NCBI GenBank assembly: GCA_001823105.1
Contig: MHTO01000019.1
Span: 5,079-42,456 of the forward strand
Source: Candidatus Wildermuthbacteria bacterium GWA2_46_15
Lineage (GTDB): Bacteria; Patescibacteriota; Minisyncoccia; Minisyncoccales; GWA2-46-15
Reading direction: 5' to 3'
DNA length: 37,378 nt
Positions 6,841 through 16,970 of the stretch are shown one piece after another (positions within the stretch are counted from its first letter, which is position 1; the number at the start of each line of letters is the position of its first letter). The notes beneath the pieces are model-generated. The model worked only from the letters and a program-made list of their open reading frames with translations, was not told where the DNA came from and made no database searches. Made by a program: the position numbers and the translations under genes.

Positions 6841-6963
6841 GGATCCATCACCACTTTAATAGTTTTTAAGTTAACTTGAAGCTTACCCAGCTAACTTAAG
6901 ACAAGACATTTTTCTAGCCCCCAAGCTCTTCGGGGATTTTTTAGCTTTTAGCTTTGCTCGAAA

Positions 6964-9900
6964 ATGAACGTAAAATCATTCTCTAAGGCGAAGGTTTCCT
7001 TTCGCCTTCCCTACTTGGGGTCTCTCCAGAGAGACAGCTGGCAATGGCTTTTGGAGAGAGGCATCAAAGATCTGTTTGCCGAGGTTTCGCCCATCCGGGA
7101 TTACACCAAAAAAGAGTTTGAACTCTGGTTTTTGGATTATGAGCTCAGCGCGTCCAAATACAAGGATGATTTGGAGGCCAAAAATGACAACGGTTCATAC
7201 GAAGCTTCCCTGAGGGCCAAGACCCGCCTGATCAATCTCAAGACTAAAGAGATTAAAGAGCAAGAAGTTTTTCTGGCCGATTTTCCCATTATGACCGAGA
7301 GAGGCACTTTTATTGTTAACGGCGTCGAAAGGGTCGCCATCGCCCAGCTGATTCGTTCGCCGGGCGTTTTCTTTACCAGCCAGAGAATCGGCGGACGTCA
7401 TTATTTCGGCGCCAAGGTCATTCCTAACCGGGGCGCCTGGCTGGAAATGGAAACCGACGCCACGGGTTTTGTGGGTATCAAGATTGACCGCAAGAGAAGG
7501 GTGGCTGCCACCACTCTCTTGAGGGCTTTTGGCATTGATAATGATTTGGCCATCAAAGAGCTCTTCTCGGATATCGACAATGATCCCGATCTCAAATACC
7601 TGGACGAAACCTTAAAGAAAGACCCGACGCACAACCAGGCCGAAGCCTTGGTTGAGATCTATGAGAGGCTGAGGCCGGGAGATTTGGTGACGCCGGACAC
7701 GGCGCGGGAATTGATCGAAAACATGTTTTTTAACTTTGAGAGATATGACCTTTCTCGGGTCGGGAGGTGGAGAATGAACCAGCGGTTTTCGCGCGAGCGC
7801 AAAACTGACGCAGAACCAAACGCAAAACAGACGCAGAAGTTTAGCGGCGACGAGGTCACGGTCAAAGAAAGAGTTCTTCGGCCCGAGGATATCGTGGCCG
7901 TCATCCATGAAATCATTCGCTTAAACAACACGCCGGGCGCCCTGCCCGATCCGATTGATCACTTGGGCAACCGCCGCGTCAGAACCTCGGCCGAAGTTCT
8001 GCAAAACCGCATGAGAGTGGGGATGCTGAGGATGGAAAGAATCATCAAGGACCGGATTTCCACTTTAGAAGAAGGCATGCTGGCCCCTTCTCAGCTCATC
8101 AACCCCCGTCCCTTAATGGCCGTCATTAAAGAATTCTTTACTTCCAGCCAGCTCTGCCAATTCATGGATAATGAAAATCCTTTGGCCGAGCTCGAACACA
8201 AAAGACGGCTGGCGGCAACGGGCCCGGGCGGTTTGACCCGGGAAAGAGCCGGTTTGGAAGTGAGAGACGTCCAGCCTTCGCACTATGGCCGTATCTGCCC
8301 GATTCAGACCCCCGAAGGCCAGAATGTCGGTTTGATTTCTCACATGGCCTGCTTTGCCCGGATCAATTCTTTGGGCTTTCTGGAAACCCCCTACTTTAAG
8401 GTGGAAAACGGCAAAATCACCGGCGAAGTTCATTATCTCAATGCTTACGAGGAAGAAAGGTACAACATCGCCCACGCCGGCATTGACATTGATAAAAACG
8501 GACAGATTATTCCCGCCAAGGTAGCCGCCCGCATCAAGGGGGAGCCGGGCGAGATTGAAAAAGAAAAGATTAATTTCATCGACGTTTCTTCGAAACAAGC
8601 CATTTCCGCGGCCACTTCTTTGATTCCCTTTTTGCAGAATGATGACGCCAACCGCGCCCTGATGGGCTCGAACATGCAGCGCCAGGCCGTGCCTCTTTTG
8701 AATCCCGAGGCGCCTTTGGTTTGCACCGGGGTGGAGCCTAAGGTGGCCGAAGACTCGGGCCAGATTCTCCTGGCCCGGGACGACGGCCGGGTAACCGAAG
8801 TCGATGCCCAGCACATCGTCATTCAAAACACCAAGACCCGGGTCCAGACCCGTTACCCGCTCCGCACTTTTGTTCGGACCAACCAATACACTTGTTTTCA
8901 CCAACGGCCGGTTGTCAAAAAGGGGGAGCCCATCAAAAAGGGCCAGGTTTTGACGGATGGGGCGGCCATTGAAGATGGCTGGCTGGCCTTGGGCCGGAAT
9001 ATTCTCGTTTCCTTTTTGCCCTGGCGGGGCTCAAACTTTGAAGACGCCATCATCATTTCGGAAAAACTGGTTAAAGAATACGTTTATTCTTCGATCCATT
9101 TAGAGAACTTTTTTTGCGATGTCCGGGAAACCAAGCTGGGTCCGGAACTGACCACCGGCGACATTCCCAATGTTTCGGAAGAAAAACTGAAGGACCTGGA
9201 TTCCGAAGGCATCATTCGCATCGGCGCCGAAGTCGGTTCTCACGACATTCTGGTCGGGAAAATCTCGCCCAAGGGCGAGACGGACCTGACGCCGGAAGAA
9301 AGGCTCTTGAAAGCCATTTTCGGGGAAAGAGCCCGGGAGGTCAAAGACAGTTCGCTTTTGCTCGAATACGGCAAACGCGGCCGGGTCGTTGGCGTTAAAG
9401 TCTGGGAAAGAGAAAAGGGGGCCAAGCTCGAACCCGGCATCATTAAAAGAGTTCAGGTGGAAGTGGCGGCCCTGCGCAAGATTCAGACCGGTGATAAATT
9501 AGCCGGGCGCCATGGCAACAAAGGCGTCGTTTCTCTGGTTTTGCCCGAAGAAGAAATGCCCTTCCTGGAAGACGGCACGCCCGTGGATATTATTCTTAAT
9601 CCTTTGAGCGTCGCTTCCCGCATGAACCTGGGCCAGATTCTGGAGACGCATTTGGGTTTGGCGGCCAAGAAACTGGGCTACCGGGCCGTTTCCCCGGCCT
9701 TGCTCGGTGCCAACGAAAAAGACATCAAAGAGGAATTGATTAAGGCCGGCTACCCCGCCGACGGCAAATTGCCGGTTTTTGACGGCCGGACCGGCGAACC
9801 CTTTCCGGAAAAGATCACCGTCGGCTATATCTACATGATGCAGCTGATCCACATGGTCGAAGACAAACTTCACATGAGATCGATCGGCCCCTATTCTTTG

Positions 9901-10194
9901 ATCACCCAGCAGCCGTTGGGCGGTAAATCCCAATTCGGCGGCCAGCGATTCGGAGAAATGGAAGTCTGGTCTTTGGAAGGCTACGGCGCCAGCCACATCC
10001 TGCAAGAGATGTTAACCATCAAATCCGATGACGTGCCCGGGAGAGCCGCCAGTTATGAGGCGATTCTCAAAGGCGAGCCCATTCGTCAGCCCAGCGTCCC
10101 GGCTTCTTTTAGTCTTTTGGTGGCCGAATTAAAATCACTGGGATTGGCGGTGGAAGTCAAGGAGAAAATGAGGGAAGAAGAGAAAGAAGAATAA
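6964..10194 (+). CDS. rpoB: DNA-directed RNA polymerase subunit beta
   Basis: 1076 aa with canonical blocks (GTFIINGVERV-like TFIVNGVERVAIAQL, DHLGNRR, NMQRQAVPL, GRHGNKGV, GGQRFGEMEVW). Confidence 0.98.
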   Translation: MNVKSFSKAKVSFRLPYLGSLQRDSWQWLLERGIKDLFAEVSPIRDYTKKEFELWFLDYELSASKYKDDLEAKNDNGSYEASLRAKTRLINLKTKEIKEQEVFLADFPIMTERGTFIVNGVERVAIAQLIRSPGVFFTSQRIGGRHYFGAKVIPNRGAWLEMETDATGFVGIKIDRKRRVAATTLLRAFGIDNDLAIKELFSDIDNDPDLKYLDETLKKDPTHNQAEALVEIYERLRPGDLVTPDTARELIENMFFNFERYDLSRVGRWRMNQRFSRERKTDAEPNAKQTQKFSGDEVTVKERVLRPEDIVAVIHEIIRLNNTPGALPDPIDHLGNRRVRTSAEVLQNRMRVGMLRMERIIKDRISTLEEGMLAPSQLINPRPLMAVIKEFFTSSQLCQFMDNENPLAELEHKRRLAATGPGGLTRERAGLEVRDVQPSHYGRICPIQTPEGQNVGLISHMACFARINSLGFLETPYFKVENGKITGEVHYLNAYEEERYNIAHAGIDIDKNGQIIPAKVAARIKGEPGEIEKEKINFIDVSSKQAISAATSLIPFLQNDDANRALMGSNMQRQAVPLLNPEAPLVCTGVEPKVAEDSGQILLARDDGRVTEVDAQHIVIQNTKTRVQTRYPLRTFVRTNQYTCFHQRPVVKKGEPIKKGQVLTDGAAIEDGWLALGRNILVSFLPWRGSNFEDAIIISEKLVKEYVYSSIHLENFFCDVRETKLGPELTTGDIPNVSEEKLKDLDSEGIIRIGAEVGSHDILVGKISPKGETDLTPEERLLKAIFGERAREVKDSSLLLEYGKRGRVVGVKVWEREKGAKLEPGIIKRVQVEVAALRKIQTGDKLAGRHGNKGVVSLVLPEEEMPFLEDGTPVDIILNPLSVASRMNLGQILETHLGLAAKKLGYRAVSPALLGANEKDIKEELIKAGYPADGKLPVFDGRTGEPFPEKITVGYIYMMQLIHMVEDKLHMRSIGPYSLITQQPLGGKSQFGGQRFGEMEVWSLEGYGASHILQEMLTIKSDDVPGRAASYEAILKGEPIRQPSVPASFSLLVAELKSLGLAVEVKEKMREEEKEE

Positions 10195-10203
10195 CTTAAT
10201 CTT

Positions 10204-13200
10204 ATGCGTGTCGCTGATCTAGAGGCTATCAGGATCAAACTCGCTTCGCCCGAGGAGATTTTGCAATGGTCCCACGGCGAAGTGACCAAACCCGAGACGA
10301 TCAACTACCGGACGCAAAAGCCCGAAAAAGAAGGTTTGTTTGACGAAAAGATTTTCGGTCCGGAAAAAGATTACGAGTGCTATTGCGGCAAATATCGCGG
10401 CATCCGCCACAAGGGCATCGTCTGCGACAAATGCGGCGTGGAAGTGACCAAGGCTCAAGTTCGGCGGGAGAGAATGGGGCACATCAAACTGGCCTCGCCC
10501 GTTTCCCATATCTGGTTCTTAAGAGGCGTGCCGTCCCGCATGGGCCAGGTTTTGGATTTGCCCATGGCCCACCTGGAGAAAGTCATCTATTTTAATGCTT
10601 ATATTGTGACCAAGGTGGAGGAAGCGGCCAAGCAGCAGATCTTAGAACAGATTGAAAAAGAATACCAACAAAAGTTCAAAACGCAAAGCGCAAAACGCAA
10701 AACTATAACTAAAAATTCAAAAATAAAAACAGACGAGGGCAAGACAAAAGGAGAAAAGCAGGAAGAACGCGATTTGAAGACGGCCCGAGACCGGGCCAAA
10801 GACGAACTTTTAAGCATTAAACCCTTAAAAATTCTTTCGGAAGTCGACTATTTTGACTTATCGATTAAATACGGCCAGTCTTTTGAGGCCGGCACCGGGG
10901 CAGAAACTCTGAGAAAGATCTTCAGCGAAATTGATACCAAGAAAAAGATTGCCGGACTCAAGGAAGAACTGGAAAAAGCCTCTCCCTTAAACCGGAGAAA
11001 GATTTTAAGACGGCTCAAGCTTTTTCAAGGCCTGGAAAGGGCCAACATTAAAGCCGAATGGATGTTTCTGACCATCCTGCCCATTCTGCCGCCGGATCTT
11101 AGGCCGATGGTTCAGCTGGACGGCGGCCGCTATGCCTCCTCTGATTTAAACGATCTTTACCGCCGGGTCATCAACCGCAATAATCGCTTAAAGTATTTGC
11201 TGGAGATTGCCGCGCCCGAGGTCATCGTCCGCAATGAAAAGAGAATGCTGCAGGAAGCCGTTGACGCCCTGATCGACAACGGCATGAGAAAGGGCACCAT
11301 GACTCAGGCCACCACCGGCGGCCGCCGCCTTTTGAAGTCTCTGGCCGATATTCTAAAAGGAAAACAAGGCCGGTTTAGGCAGAATCTTTTGGGCAAGAGA
11401 GTGGACTACTCCGGGAGATCCGTCATCGTCGTGGGCCCGGATTTGCCCTTGAATCAGGTGGGCATTCCCAAGAAAATGGCCCTGGAACTTTTTAAACCTT
11501 TTGTCATTAAAAAAATTCTGGACAAGGAACTGGCCTACAACGTGCGGGGCGCTTCCCGTTTGATTGAGCAGGAAACCGATGACGTCTGGGCCATTCTCGA
11601 AGAAGTGGTGACGGACAAATTAGTCCTCTTGAACCGGGCCCCGACCTTGCACCGGCTGGGCATTCAGGCTTTTCAGCCCATCCTGATTGAGGGTGAAGCC
11701 ATCCGGGTTCATCCCTTGGTTTGCAAAGCTTTTAACGCGGATTTTGACGGAGACCAGATGGCTGTTCATTTGCCTTTGTCCAAAGAAGCTCAGGCCGAAG
11801 CCCGGGAGATCATGCTTTCTTCGTTGAATCTCTTGAAGCCGGCCACGGGCTTGCCCATTGTCAGTCCTTCCCAGGATATTGTTTTGGGCTGTTATTGGCT
11901 GACCAAGATAAAGCCTGGCGCCAAGGGTGAGGGCAAGATTTTCGGTTCGGCCGAGGAAGCTCATCTGGCCCATGAGTTTAAGGAAGTCGATATGAAGGCC
12001 GTTATTAAAATCCCAAATCCCAAATCCCAAACCAACGAATTTATCGAGACCAGCGTGGGCCGCTTGACCTTTAACGAGGCTTTGCCCGAAGATTTTCCTT
12101 TCCAGAATAAAGAGATGAATTCCCGGGAGCTGGAAGAGCTCATCCGCGAGGTCATTGAGAGATACGGGATTGAAAAGACCCCGCCCATTCTGGATAAAAT
12201 TAAGAGTACGGGCTTCGAAGGCGCCACCTGGTCCGGCGTGACCTGGGGCATGGATGACCTGATCGTGCCCGAGGAAAAACCCAAACTGATTGCGGCCGCC
12301 GAGCAAGAAATCGCCCAGCTGGAAACCCATTTTCAAAAAGGACTTTTGTCCCGCGATGAAAAATATCAGAGATCAATTGAAGTTTGGCAGCGAACCAAGT
12401 CGGCGGTGGAAAAATTAGTGCCGAAATCTCTGCCGGCGGATGGAAGCGTCTTTACCATCATTGATTCGGGGGCCCGGGGTTCCTGGGCTCAGCCGGCGCA
12501 GATGGCGGGCATGAAGGGCTTGGTCATTAACCCAATCGGCCGGATTATTGAACTGCCGATCAAACATTCTTACAAAGAAGGCTTTGACGTTTTGGAATAC
12601 TTCTTATCAACTCACGGCGCCCGCAAGGGTACGGCCGACACCGCCCTGAGAACCTCCACCGCCGGTTACCTGACGAGAAGGCTCGTCGACGTCAGCCACG
12701 ACATCATCATCCACGAGATTGACTGCGGCGATGCCGCGGGCACGGTCTTTTCACGCCCGGAAGCCCAAGAGATCGGCCAGAACTTCCTTTTTAAAATTGT
12801 GGGCCGTATTTCTCTGGATAGTATTAAATCAAGCAATCCGGAAAGCAAAAATAAAACCCTGGTTAAGGCGGGCGAAGTGATCGACTGGGAAAAGGGCAAA
12901 GAAATCATCAAAAATGGCATTGACGAAGTGCGGGCCCGTTCGCCTTTGAGCTGCCGGCTTTTAAGAGGCGTCTGTCAGAAATGCTACGGCTGGAGCCTGG
13001 GATCGGGCCAGATAGTTAAGACGGGAGAAGCGGTGGGCGTCATTGCCGCTCAGGCCATTGGTGAGCCGGGGACGCAGTTAACGATGAGAACCTTCCATTT
13101 GGGCGGCGTGGCCGGCGGCAGCGATATTACCATGGGCTTGCCGCGGGTGGAAGAAATCTTTGAGGCTCGGGTGCCTCTTGGCCAGGGCGCGATGACCCTG

Positions 13201-13881
13201 GTTGATGGCCAGGTTCTGGAAATTATTGGCGGAAAGACGGTCCGGATAAAGCCATCCGAGCCAGCCAGCTCAGCCCTTGGTTTAGCCGCTGGCTCAGCCA
13301 GGAAGAAAAAGATCTCGAAGCTGGAGAAAGACGAGATTTTGGAATATGAAATCCCCGAAGGCAAAGGCATTTTGGTTAAGGTGGGGGATCGGGTCAAAGC
13401 GGGGCAAGCCCTGTCCGAGGGCAACCTGGATTTAAAGGAGCTTTTCAAGGCCGTGGGCCAAGAACGAACCCAGCATCATATTATTAAAGAGATTCAGCGG
13501 ATTTATGCTTCTCAGGGGGCGACCATTCACGACAAGCACGTTGAGGTGGTCGTCCGGCAAATGTTTTCCCGATTGAAGGTCAAGGATCCGGGTGACAGCA
13601 TTTTGATTCAGGGAGAAACCATCACCAACCAGAAATTATTTGAAGAAAACCAGCGGCTGAAGAAAGAAGGAAAAAAGACCGTGTCGGCCACTTCAATTTT
13701 ATTGGGCATCTCTAAAGTAGCTTTAACGACGGACAGTTTTTTGTCGGCCGCCTCCTTCCAAGAGACTTCCCGGATTCTTATTTCCGCGGCCATCTCGGGC
13801 AAGGAAGACAAGCTCCAGGGCTTAAAAGAGAATGTCATCATCGGCAAGCTGATTCCGGTCGGCACGGGCCTGAAGAAGTGA
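10204..13881 (+). CDS. rpoC: DNA-directed RNA polymerase subunit beta'
   Basis: 1225 aa with zinc-binding CYCGKY...[27 protein letters not shown], the catalytic NADFDGDQM, and [13 protein letters not shown]. Confidence 0.98.
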   Translation: MRVADLEAIRIKLASPEEILQWSHGEVTKPETINYRTQKPEKEGLFDEKIFGPEKDYECYCGKYRGIRHKGIVCDKCGVEVTKAQVRRERMGHIKLASPVSHIWFLRGVPSRMGQVLDLPMAHLEKVIYFNAYIVTKVEEAAKQQILEQIEKEYQQKFKTQSAKRKTITKNSKIKTDEGKTKGEKQEERDLKTARDRAKDELLSIKPLKILSEVDYFDLSIKYGQSFEAGTGAETLRKIFSEIDTKKKIAGLKEELEKASPLNRRKILRRLKLFQGLERANIKAEWMFLTILPILPPDLRPMVQLDGGRYASSDLNDLYRRVINRNNRLKYLLEIAAPEVIVRNEKRMLQEAVDALIDNGMRKGTMTQATTGGRRLLKSLADILKGKQGRFRQNLLGKRVDYSGRSVIVVGPDLPLNQVGIPKKMALELFKPFVIKKILDKELAYNVRGASRLIEQETDDVWAILEEVVTDKLVLLNRAPTLHRLGIQAFQPILIEGEAIRVHPLVCKAFNADFDGDQMAVHLPLSKEAQAEAREIMLSSLNLLKPATGLPIVSPSQDIVLGCYWLTKIKPGAKGEGKIFGSAEEAHLAHEFKEVDMKAVIKIPNPKSQTNEFIETSVGRLTFNEALPEDFPFQNKEMNSRELEELIREVIERYGIEKTPPILDKIKSTGFEGATWSGVTWGMDDLIVPEEKPKLIAAAEQEIAQLETHFQKGLLSRDEKYQRSIEVWQRTKSAVEKLVPKSLPADGSVFTIIDSGARGSWAQPAQMAGMKGLVINPIGRIIELPIKHSYKEGFDVLEYFLSTHGARKGTADTALRTSTAGYLTRRLVDVSHDIIIHEIDCGDAAGTVFSRPEAQEIGQNFLFKIVGRISLDSIKSSNPESKNKTLVKAGEVIDWEKGKEIIKNGIDEVRARSPLSCRLLRGVCQKCYGWSLGSGQIVKTGEAVGVIAAQAIGEPGTQLTMRTFHLGGVAGGSDITMGLPRVEEIFEARVPLGQGAMTLVDGQVLEIIGGKTVRIKPSEPASSALGLAAGSARKKKISKLEKDEILEYEIPEGKGILVKVGDRVKAGQALSEGNLDLKELFKAVGQERTQHHIIKEIQRIYASQGATIHDKHVEVVVRQMFSRLKVKDPGDSILIQGETITNQKLFEENQRLKKEGKKTVSATSILLGISKVALTTDSFLSAASFQETSRILISAAISGKEDKLQGLKENVIIGKLIPVGTGLKK
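10681..10701 (+). repeat. Three tandem heptamers ACGCAAA GCGCAAA ACGCAAA in frame in rpoC (encodes TQSAKRK)
   Basis: Read directly. It matches uvrA 29952-29972 at 20/21 nt. The 18-mer CAAAGCGCAAAACGCAAA (10684-10701) also occurs at 29338-29355 and 29955-29972. An A-rich heptad-phased tail continues to about 10730. Confidence 0.9.
12008..12028 (+). repeat. (AAATCCC)x3 heptamer microsatellite in frame in rpoC
   Basis: Three perfect tandem copies (21 nt, 7 codons) encoding part of [11 protein letters not shown]. Confidence 0.9.
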
Positions 13882-13917
13882 TTCACTCGGCAGCCAAAAA
13901 ATGCTAGAATTTACTCA

Positions 13918-16149
13918 GTGAGTAAAAACAATAAGAATCACAATTCAAAGAACTCTCTTTCGAAGAAAGACAAGGAACCAAAGCCCTTGTTCCTTCCGGC
14001 TTTAGCCCGGGGCTATCTCTTGGGCCTGGTTTTTCTCTTGGCCGCGGCCATTCTCACCCTTTCCTTTTTCGATCTGGCCGGCGGGGGAGGAGAAAAAATT
14101 CTCAGTTCCCTCACTTTTTTATTTGGCCAAACAGCGGTCCGGTTGCTGCCTTTGTTTTTGATTTTGGCCGGCGTCTTCTTTTTTGTCGCCAGCCCGAATT
14201 CTCAGAAGATCTGGAAAATGATTATTCTGGCGCTTTTTTCCTGTTTAATCGGCCTGAGCGCGGTTTTGACTTCTTTAAACGGTTACGACAAATTCTCTTT
14301 GGGCGACCCGGGGCCCGGTGGTTTTCTGGGACGCCTTTTGAGCTGGCCCATTCTCAAGATATTTGATTTCTGGGTCAGTCTGGCGGTTTTCGGGGGCTTG
14401 ATCATCTTTGGCTTTTTTATCTTTTGGCAGGTGAGCCGGAAGATCCGGCCCAAAGAGGTTGAGGATCTGGCGGAAAAGCCCCAGATACTCCGGAGGATTT
14501 TTGAACCCCAGCTCAAAATTAAAGAAATCTCGGACAACAAATCCCGTTCCCTGACGGGAGCGGCGCCCTTACCCGAACTCAAAACTAAACCCATTCCCCA
14601 AGGGATGAGATCATCAATTTACAAGAAACCGCCCCTGGATTTGCTGGAAGTTGATCGGGGCGAACCCGTCACCGGCGATATCCGCAATAACCTGACCATT
14701 ATTAAAAAAACCTTAGAGACTTTTGGCATTCCCGTGGAAATGGGCGAAGTTAATGTTGGTCCGACCGTCACCCGATATACCTTAAAGCCGGCCGAAGGCA
14801 TCAAGCTTTCCAAAATCACCACTCTGAATAATGATCTTTCCCTGGCCTTGGCGACTCATCCCATTCGCATCGAAGCGCCGATTCCGGGCCAGTCCTTGGT
14901 GGGAATTGAGATTCCCAACAAGGTCCGAACCCAGGTCAGATTGCGCAATCTTTTTGAATCGCCGGAATTCCAAAATTCCAGTTCATCTTTGGTTTTTGCT
15001 TTGGGCCGGGACGTCGCCGGCAACCCTCTTTTTGCCGATCTGACCCGCATGCCGCATTTGCTGGTGGCCGGCTCGACCGGAACGGGCAAAACCATTTGCC
15101 TAAACAGCCTCATTTTAAGCTTGATTTATCGCAATTCACCCGAGGTGATGAGGTTAATCCTGGTTGATCCCAAGCGGGTGGAGTTCCCGGTTTATCAGGA
15201 CATCCCCCATCTTTTGTCCCCCGTTATCTTTGACGGCCAGAAAACCATCAATACCCTAAAATGGCTGGTCAAGGAAATGGAGAGACGTTTCGAAGTTCTG
15301 GCTCAGGCCAAAGCCCGGGACATCGGCGGGTACAATCGCGAGATCAATTCCCGCCGCGCCAAGACCTCGGTCAAAAATGAAGAAGAGGATTTGGACCCCA
15401 TGCCCTATATTGTCGTCGTCATTGACGAGCTGGCCGATTTGATGGCCGCCCGCGGCAAAGAGATTGAAGGCGGCATCGTCAGGCTGGCCCAGATGGCCCG
15501 CGCCGTGGGCATTCATCTGGTCGTGGCCACGCAAAGACCGTCCGTGGAAGTCATTACCGGTTTAATCAAGGCCAACATTACTTCCCGCATCACTTTCCAG
15601 GTGGCTTCACAGGTTGATTCCCGGACCGTCATTGACATGGCCGGAGCGGAAAAGCTCCTGGGCTCCGGCGACCTGCTCTTTATCTCTGCAGAAACGGCTA
15701 AGCCCCGCCGGATCCAGGGCGGCTATGTCACGGACAAAGAAGTCAAAAGAGTCACCGAGTTTTTGAAGACTCAAAAACATGACTTTGCCGTTTTGAAAGA
15801 AAACTTTTTGGCCGAGGAATTGGAAAGAGAGCTGGCCGTCGGGGAACCCGACAGGGGCGAGTTTTATGCCGGCGAGGAAGACCCTCTCTATCCCCAGGCC
15901 AAGCAATTGGCGATTGAATCCAAAAAAGCTTCGGCTTCCCTGATGCAGCGCCGGTTAAGAGTGGGCTATGCTCGGGCGGCCCGGCTCTTGGATATTCTGG
16001 AAGAAAGAGGCGTGGTCGGACCGGCCGACGGCGCCAAACCCCGGGAGGTTTATCTGACCGGTGAAGTCAAAGAAGGAGAAGGGGGTGTTTCCATTAAGAT
16101 TCAGAGGCCGGGGGGAGAAAAACAGGATGACGAGTGGGAGAAAGTCTAA
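13918..16149 (+). CDS. ftsK: DNA translocase FtsK/SpoIIIE
   Basis: 743 aa with N-terminal TM helices, a Walker A motif (LVAGSTGTGKT), DELADLM, ATQRPS, and a C-terminal winged-helix gamma domain (LMQRRLRVGYARAARLLDILE). Start is GTG at 13918. Confidence 0.93.
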   Translation: MSKNNKNHNSKNSLSKKDKEPKPLFLPALARGYLLGLVFLLAAAILTLSFFDLAGGGGEKILSSLTFLFGQTAVRLLPLFLILAGVFFFVASPNSQKIWKMIILALFSCLIGLSAVLTSLNGYDKFSLGDPGPGGFLGRLLSWPILKIFDFWVSLAVFGGLIIFGFFIFWQVSRKIRPKEVEDLAEKPQILRRIFEPQLKIKEISDNKSRSLTGAAPLPELKTKPIPQGMRSSIYKKPPLDLLEVDRGEPVTGDIRNNLTIIKKTLETFGIPVEMGEVNVGPTVTRYTLKPAEGIKLSKITTLNNDLSLALATHPIRIEAPIPGQSLVGIEIPNKVRTQVRLRNLFESPEFQNSSSSLVFALGRDVAGNPLFADLTRMPHLLVAGSTGTGKTICLNSLILSLIYRNSPEVMRLILVDPKRVEFPVYQDIPHLLSPVIFDGQKTINTLKWLVKEMERRFEVLAQAKARDIGGYNREINSRRAKTSVKNEEEDLDPMPYIVVVIDELADLMAARGKEIEGGIVRLAQMARAVGIHLVVATQRPSVEVITGLIKANITSRITFQVASQVDSRTVIDMAGAEKLLGSGDLLFISAETAKPRRIQGGYVTDKEVKRVTEFLKTQKHDFAVLKENFLAEELERELAVGEPDRGEFYAGEEDPLYPQAKQLAIESKKASASLMQRRLRVGYARAARLLDILEERGVVGPADGAKPREVYLTGEVKEGEGGVSIKIQRPGGEKQDDEWEKV

Positions 16150-16150
16150 T

Positions 16151-16955
16151 TGTGTCAAGGTCAGACCTTGACACAGGAACAAAGAGATGGCAAATAGAAA
16201 TATTTATTTTGAAAAACGTGGCATTTATCATATTTTGACAAGAGCGGTTGATAAGAAAAAGTTTTTTGCCGACGAAAAGGATTGTTTACGTTTTGTTTTT
16301 CAAATGTTCGCCGCTAACCTCGGTATGACCGTCTCCAATTTTCTTCGTCAAAACGTTTCTAACATAGGTAGAAATTTATTAGTTGGTCGGGAAGATTCTT
16401 TTGGTCAAACAAAGCCGAGTCGTGTGTCATTGGTGCACATTTTGAGTTTTGTTTTGGTCGTTGACCACTACCATCTCCTTTTGGCTTTAAACGAAGATGA
16501 TGATGGGATACCGAGATATATGCAAAGACTGAATACCGGCTTTGCCATGTATTTTAATCTCAAGAAGAATCGTCGAGGAGCCCTTTTCGAGAGTCGCTAC
16601 AAGGTTGTTTCGATCGAAAACGAAAGGCAATTAAACACGATTATCCGTTACATCAACATTACTAATCCTTTAGATGTTTGCCAACCGGGTTGGCGCGAGA
16701 GGGGGGTTGAAGACAGAGTCGCCGCTTGGAATTTTCTAAATAAATATCAATTTTCGAGTTTTCCGGATATTTTTGGTAAAAGAAATTCTTCGATTTTAGC
16801 ATCCCGTTCGGTGTTGGATGAATATTTAGGAGAGAGTATAATAAAAGACAGAGCAGGACTTAAAGAATTGGCGCAGGACTACCTATGGCAAAAATCCAAC
16901 CAATTGTTCATCAACACCTTAGAATAACTTTCGTGTCAAGGTCTGACCTTGACAT
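16151..16955 (+). mobile_element. REPtron-like unit: Y1/HUH transposase gene bracketed by inverted copies of a 23-25 nt palindrome
   Basis: TGTGTCAAGGTCAGACCTTGACACA (16151-16175) and GTGTCAAGGTCTGACCTTGACAT (16933-16955) flank ORF 16187-16927. The centre base is A in one and T in the other, so the orientation is inverted. Confidence 0.65.
16187..16927 (+). CDS. IS200-like Y1 (HUH) transposase / REP-associated tyrosine transposase-like protein
   Basis: 246 aa with IYHILTR, an HUH motif in VVDHYHLLL, and a Tyr motif in IIRYINITNP. It is colinear with ORF 23384-24109. Confidence 0.7.
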   Translation: MANRNIYFEKRGIYHILTRAVDKKKFFADEKDCLRFVFQMFAANLGMTVSNFLRQNVSNIGRNLLVGREDSFGQTKPSRVSLVHILSFVLVVDHYHLLLALNEDDDGIPRYMQRLNTGFAMYFNLKKNRRGALFESRYKVVSIENERQLNTIIRYINITNPLDVCQPGWRERGVEDRVAAWNFLNKYQFSSFPDIFGKRNSSILASRSVLDEYLGESIIKDRAGLKELAQDYLWQKSNQLFINTLE

Positions 16956-16970
16956 AAGAAAAGGTTAAAA

